A model generated the notes under the pieces. The model searched no databases and was not told where the DNA came from. It worked only from the letters and a program-made list of their open reading frames with translations. DNA of 63,980 bases, filler included, from Olpidium bornovanus S191 (lineage: Eukaryota > Fungi > Olpidiomycota), in the NCBI GenBank assembly GCA_017911155.1. It is 24 parts of 24 records of this genome, joined end to end, with 100 filler letters (N's around TTAATTAATTAA, not from the genome) between each part and the next. Parts side by side here need not be neighbours in the genome. Positions count along the whole stretch, not along the records: positions 56,191 to 59,227 come from JAEFCI010001473.1; positions 59,328 to 61,438 come from JAEFCI010006932.1; positions 61,539 to 62,871 come from JAEFCI010008674.1; positions 62,972 to 63,980 come from JAEFCI010012823.1; 20 more parts are not named here. One strand, written 5' to 3'. Positions 58,024 through 63,980 of this stretch are shown in pieces. The translations under genes were made by a program, and so were the position numbers. Positions within the stretch are counted from its first letter, which is position 1. Every line of letters starts with the position of its first letter.

Positions 58024-60479
58024 ACAGCGCAACATGGCCGTAATGTTGCAGACCAAAAAAACGTGCATAATCTGATGTGCAGACGCCGCCCTCGAAATGA
58101 CGCGTCCAACAGCTGCCGACGCCGAGAAAAAGCCCGCCGTGCGGCGGAGGAGTGCGTCGCCCAACAATCCCGTCGATGCAAGTCGCGGCGGCGCTTCTTC
58201 CGAGAGCGGGTGCTGGAACCCGAACGCGCACTTTCCGGCGCAGGGGCCGGGCCCGAAGAATTTGGTGTACCCCACGAGAATCAACGCATCGTGCCGGAGC
58301 CCGAGGGTGCCGGTCGACCTGCCTGGAATGTGCGACGATCAACCTGTCGGAAGGGAACAAACCGTACCGGCTAGGCCTCCCTGCGTTTAATCATGACGGG
58401 ACTGCTCCGGAGCTGTGCAGCAGGATGCGGGGTTTACGTCAAGCCGATAGGTAGAAAGAGTTGGCGAAGGTCCAGAGTTGCACGCCCATGAGGTTGGCGT
58501 ACCCGTGAACGGGGTATAGTAACGAGGGGCAGCGAAAGCGGGATCCAGTAAACATGCTTATCCGGGTATTTTTGATTGTCGGACTGGAAAGGCGGCGGTT
58601 TGTATTTCCTTCCGGAAACGTCCGCAAGACGAGCGGAGCAGCGCGCACGAAACGGAAGACGGGATCATCCGAGAACGGTTCCCACGTGACTTGCCGACCT
58701 TTACCGTGCGGGCAGCGGGAAACACGGCGAACGGTATCATTTCCACGCCGATACCTCTTCAAGGGCGCTACCCATTTTCACTTCCACGAACTTGACGAAC
58801 GACACATCCCCCCCAGCGACGATAGGCACCAGCACTGCGCCGGCGTCGTACTGCTTCGCGCGCGCGGGATGCGAGTGTCGGTCAACGGAGGCCGCAAACC
58901 CGGCTTCGACCTGTCGCGCCCGGAAGGCGTCCAGCTGTTCAAGGACGTGCGGCATAAAGTGCCCTGGGTGGTCTCTGGGCATCCGGCGCGCGCACGGAGG
59001 GAGTTAGGTAGCGCTCGGCGTCCTTAACGCCTTTGCCATTCTTTTGACAAAACGTGGGGCTGCAAGGCCCCGCCGCTTCAGAAAAAACGAACCTGCCGAT
59101 AAAAAGCATGCTGTAGTCGGGACGCGACAACGCCGGATTGCCCGGTCGAAAAACCTCTAAAACGTCGGCAGTCGGCCGTCTGCCTGCAAAATGGCCGTTC
59201 CATCGTGAGGCTCGGGCGAGGATATCCNNNNNNNNNNNNNNNNNNNNNNNNNNNNNNNNNNNNNNNNNNNNTTAATTAATTAANNNNNNNNNNNNNNNNN
59301 NNNNNNNNNNNNNNNNNNNNNNNNNNNCATGCTGGGGAAAGTGCCGAGGAAATTTTATAACTGGCGACGGAGGTATCGGCGCTTATCCTAAAACAGCAAC
59401 CCCCTCCCCCCAACTCGGCTTTTCTGGTTTCGGTCGTCGTCGTAACCGTCGCCATTGCCGGCGCCGCCGCTGCGTGGACGAACCGCGTTTCCGAAGTCCC
59501 ATCCCGCTCCAAAAACCGTCGATGAAGTTGGCGGCGTCGCCGGCACCGCACTACTCTTGACTGCCGTTGCGTGGTCCAAAGTCCAATCCGCCCCCCCCCC
59601 CCCTCTCTCACCACACCTGCCGTGGGTAAAATCGGCCGGCGGCGTGACCGGCACCGCGTGGCTCGTGGCTAAAAGCGTGGTCGGCGAGCGTGTCCGAAGT
59701 CCGACCTCCGCCCCACGTCGGCGACGTCTGCGGCCGAAAAGTCGTCATCCCCGTCCGCTCGACGAGAGTCACGCCTCTTCTTGGCAAAATATGTGACGGG
59801 AATTGGGTCACCCGTAGCCGGGAAAACGCGCCCCTCCGTCGGGGTCCTCCCACGTCGTATGCCTGCACGCCGACAACGTCGCCAGAGGCGGGGAACCAGG
59901 GCTGCTCATCCGAGGACGATTCCCGGTAACCGCAAATTGCCTGGGCGATTGGGGCCTTGGGTCCCACCCCTACCCCCCCCTCCCCGCCGCCAACGCCAAA
60001 GCAGTTCTTTGAACACCGGACAACCTTCACGGTGGTGCGCACTTTCTGACGGCCTGCCCGCGACAAGCAAGGTAAGCAGCGGTACAAAAGCCCGCCGACA
60101 AGGACCTTCTTATTTCAAATTTTCCTATATTTTATGTTTTTTTTTTCTTATTTCATGTTTTCTTTACTTCTTTTTTCCCTTCCCCCTCTTCTTTTTCCCT
60201 TCTTTTTCCCTTTTTTTCCCTTTTTTTCCCTTTTTTTTTTCTGTTTGTAACGTTCCAACGCGGCCGCCAATATCCATCACAAGCCTTTACCATCCATAAG
60301 GACGCTGTAGCAGCGGTCAGTTGTCCGGCCCAGCCCTTCACCGTTTGTCACTGTTGTCGAAGCGGTCACGGTTGTCAATGCCGCTAGCGGCCTACGCAAC
60401 TAAAAACCATCACTATTGGAGAAATCACCGTCCGGAGACCAAACCAACGTTTCTCAATCGCGAGGGCCTGTGAGCCTGC

Positions 60480-61350
60480 TTCTCCTTTCAAATGTTAGGC
60501 AAGAGACACGCAAGATACATCGGCCGAGGCCAAGGCGTACAACGGCCAACCAAAAACAAAGAATGTCAACATGGTGTCTTTCGACTTCGCCCACTGCTAC
60601 CTAATCTTTGTTTGTCCCTCGTCAGTTATACGGTATTCGGCTTACAAAAATCACCGTGACCTCTGTATCCAACCTTGCTAATACATCAAAAACCACAAAA
60701 AAGACATCTTTGAACGTTCGACCTCAAACAGCAACATAAGCCCACCGACATATGACGAGACATATGACGGGTCTTCGTTGGACCCATCCATTCGCGACAT
60801 GGTGGAAAACAGGTGGATTGGTATAAGAAAATTTGCCTCCCCGAGAAGTGTCTTTCTGCTTAAGATAGTCGGTCATTGGAACCCCCACATCGTCAACTAC
60901 TTTCTTTCCCAGGGATTCACAGCCATTAAGTGGCGACGCCCGTGTAGTAATCTTACGGCGTCACCAAGAGGGCGGAACATCTCGCGAATACAGAATTTCG
61001 CAACTGTACCATCGTTCTATACGTCCACGGCATCGCCAATCACAGGGACAACACCGAGGTGGTCAGATAAAAGAGGATAGGACTCTCCGAAGTATCCCGA
61101 GGCTTGACGAGGACGAAAGCCGAGCTCTTTCTGCGTGTTGTATTCTGCAACATGCTGATGGCTCGGTTTCCATTGACCACCGGCACCACGTCGAAGACGC
61201 GCTGCAGAGATTTGGCCTGGCTGATGCTAATGCTCAACTCCAGGAATGGCAAGCGAACAACGCCAATGCCGGAGAGAAGACGATTTTCCAGAAAGTCATT
61301 GGCACCGTTGTGTGAATCATGCACGCCGGCCGGATGACCAGCCCGCCGCA
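60480..61350 (+). mobile_element. Highly decayed copia RT
   Basis: VSFDFAHCYL, WNPHIVNYFLSQGF...PC, IVLYVHG (from YVDD), ILQHADGSVSID...LQRFGLADAN and FQKVIGT appear in copia order across broken frames. Confidence 0.62.
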
Positions 61351-62031
61351 CGGGACACATACCGACTGCAACCATCAAACGCTCAGATGATTTGTTGACT
61401 CCGATTTGTCATCCGATGCCGAAGACCGAAATTCTCAGNNNNNNNNNNNNNNNNNNNNNNNNNNNNNNNNNNNNNNNNNNNNTTAATTAATTAANNNNNN
61501 NNNNNNNNNNNNNNNNNNNNNNNNNNNNNNNNNNNNNNCCATGAGGCTTTGGTAATCTCACACCTTACCCTACACTCGAGGGGACTGCTGCAAAAAGTAA
61601 TAGGTGATGAACTGAGTATCGTCACCGAACGGAATTTGCTTTGACGGCAACTGGTTCGTTCGCCCGCACCTCGCGTAGTTAATTAGGTGGCGGTGTCGGG
61701 CAACCCGAACCCCGTTTAAAAGTAAACGGTGCGTCCGCAGCTCAACGGCCCTCTTTACAGGTCCCAAAAAAACTCGGTGAACACACCGGAAAAACCGAAA
61801 ATAAAAGGCTCGTCCCACAGTCACATCGGTGCGTTTTCCCGGAAAACAATTCGCGACGACACCTTCGAACAAACAATGGGCGGCCGTGTTTTACTTCCGA
61901 AAGAGGCCGATGAAAGAAACGCAGTACATCACCGTTTTGTCTTCTCCGCCACGAAACGCTCGGAAAGACGCGCGCACGTCAAGCTGCACTTTCCCCTTTG
62001 GCCAGCGAAGAATATGTTCCTTTCTTTATTA

Positions 62032-62760
62032 TTAGGGCACGATCTCAGAGGGGTGAACCCCGTCGTCTTCAAACGCGTTCGCAGGTATCGCGTACAGTCG
62101 GAGGATGGGCTGTGAACCAGTTCAGACCCCCAACAGCAGTGGATTAGGTGGGGTGACCAGGAGCATTTTCCGGATGATTGAACAATGAATGCCTTGAAAA
62201 GAACACCCCTTCCCCTCCGAAATTGGCAAAACGACCACCAGCCCTTGCCCCAGCCCACCTTATTGGGATCCTTGACAAGAATGTACCTGCCCTCTGGCTG
62301 CTTAAGGCAAATGTCAGCTATGGTTTTTACGATGCCCCAGCCGGACGAGTACGAGAAGTTGAGCTGTGCGGCGAGCTCAGTCGGACGATAGCTCTGGGTG
62401 CCGATGACCGAGTGGCGCGTGTTATCGCGCGGGTTGAGGCGCGAAACGAAGCCAATGCGTATGTGGTCGGCTCCCGCGAGCGCCGCTTCGCACGCCCACC
62501 GAGCAATTTTGGTCGCGTTGTTCTTCATCTCCGTCGCAAGCACTGCCCCGCGTTGCGTGTCCAACTTCTTTCGCCATTCCAGCGCTCCGCCCGCGCCCGC
62601 AGCTTTGTGATCGAACTCAGTCAGCGCCTTTAGCACGAGCCGGACGTCCGGCGAAGAAGCCGAGTTCGCCTTGAGCGCCCCGTTGAGCTCCGTTCGCACC
62701 ACCAGAACGCATGATTCGTCGCCCAGGTACCAAGAGCGGTAGCGGTAGCCGCATGGCAGG
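62032..62760 (-). CDS. EIF3D: Translation initiation factor eIF3 subunit D, C-terminal exons
   Basis: GYRYRSWYLG...VVRTE, EWRKKLDTQRGAVLATEMKNN..KIARW, GFVSRLNPRD...HSVIG, GWGIVKTIAD...EGRYILVKDPNK, intron, PILRLYAIP. Confidence 0.95.
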
Positions 62761-63325
62761 ATATCAGGTACGTCACCCCAAGGGTAGGGTTTGGAAGAAA
62801 GTTCGACGAAGTCATCCTGGATAAAAGCAATGAGTGAAAAAAAAATTGGACGTTTAACGCTCTGACGGCACNNNNNNNNNNNNNNNNNNNNNNNNNNNNN
62901 NNNNNNNNNNNNNNNTTAATTAATTAANNNNNNNNNNNNNNNNNNNNNNNNNNNNNNNNNNNNNNNNNNNNCATGCTGCCGTAGACCCCTGATTGCAAGG
63001 CAATCGACGCGGAATATGGATTTCTGTGCGAAATGCAAATCGACGGATACGTTCGTGGAATTCGATTTCCGTGCGAATTTTCGTAGATGGCTCGTCCCTT
63101 GCCGAGTGACCTTTTGTGCTTTGTTTAGAGCGCAATTTATGTCGCTTTCGTCCAGCCGGCACAATTCGGGGTTGGCCGCCGAGACGACGAGACCGCCCCC
63201 ACGCGGCACGGTCCCCTCCCGCACGACAATTCCCAGATTTCGGCGGCGCATTTTGCCCGGGCGGAGAAGCAGTCCGCCGCCGTTGTCCGCGCGCCAGAGC
63301 GCCGTCGCAGGCAATTCTCCCGAGG

Positions 63326-63760
63326 ATGGCGTCGCTGTTGCCGGCCGCGGAAGCGCCGCCGCGCCGCCTGCTCTTCCCGCTGGACCGGAACCTCGACGTC
63401 CACCCGCTGCTTTCTTCGCAGCAGCAGCAGCAGCAGCACCGCCACCACCACCTCCAAGAGCAGCACCAGTTCTCGCACCCGCCCCGGTGGCCGAGCGAAC
63501 CGCCGGCGAGCGGCTTTTACGTCTCGCCATCTGTGGGCCTGCAGCAGCTGCCGCAAGGGGGGTTTCACGCCCACGCGCTCCAGCACCCGGGGTTGGACAA
63601 CGCGCAGCAGCCGGTCGGCCTCGCCGGGTGGCCGTTTTCGGAACCTCCTGCCTTCGCCGAAGGGTGCCTGCGGGCGGGGCTGAAGCCGATGGTGCGTTGC
63701 TCTCGCACGGCGTGCGCCCCTCCGCGTCAGCGGCCCCGCGGCAAGCGCCGCGTTGGTTAA
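63326..63760 (+). CDS. Probable first exon of a Q/H/P-rich protein
   Basis: The ATG at 63326 opens MASLLPAAEAPP...QQQQQQHRHHHLQEQHQ. No domain visible. Confidence 0.35.
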   Translation: MASLLPAAEAPPRRLLFPLDRNLDVHPLLSSQQQQQQHRHHHLQEQHQFSHPPRWPSEPPASGFYVSPSVGLQQLPQGGFHAHALQHPGLDNAQQPVGLAGWPFSEPPAFAEGCLRAGLKPMVRCSRTACAPPRQRPRGKRRVG

Positions 63761-63980
63761 CCCGTCCCCGGGCTTTTTTTTCGTCGCGCGCGATGTAGGA
63801 CCAGAGCCCTTCGCCGCAGAAACCGTTCTTCACGGGAGCGGCGTCGCCCCCGAAGACCGCGGGATATCGGTGAGTCCCCGCAGCCGACCGGGCAGACTTC
63901 CGCAGCCCACCCGGCATTTTCGGTACACCTCCTTCCCCCGGACCCGAACTGCGCGGGGGGGGGGGGGGGGGGGGGGGGGC

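Overview
This is not one continuous locus. It is 24 unlinked fragments of a GC-rich, intron-containing fungal genome, joined by 23 artificial 100-nt linkers (N44-TTAATTAATTAA-N44). The gene content and style suggest an early-diverging fungus; an Olpidium-like draft assembly is my guess only. Recognisable housekeeping genes, mostly truncated by contig ends, are: NAP/SET-Vps75, RanGAP (RNA1), SEC10, allantoinase, syntaxin SSO, a TAF1C/Rrn6-like propeller, a RhoGEF, CFT1/CPSF160, ELP4, PSD2, YIP1, GPI13, an epsin-type ENTH protein and eIF3d. Decayed Ty1/copia and Ty3/gypsy pieces are common, including two distinct solo LTRs with 5-bp target-site duplications nested in one copia RT. The most unusual items are: (1) a RING + TRAF-type zinc finger + PA14 + coiled-coil protein; (2) a compact intronless bacterial-type RNase III + dsRBD protein with a substituted catalytic centre (E->A in the signature, E->K at the E. 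coli E117-equivalent); (3) an ERI1-type DEDDh exonuclease with about 5 tandem SAP-like repeats, convergent with an intronless SF1 helicase whose Walker B reads NE instead of DE; and (4) two structured repeat arrays. All family assignments come from motif recognition by eye; no searches were run. Exon boundaries are given only where GT/AG junctions restore a recognisable frame.
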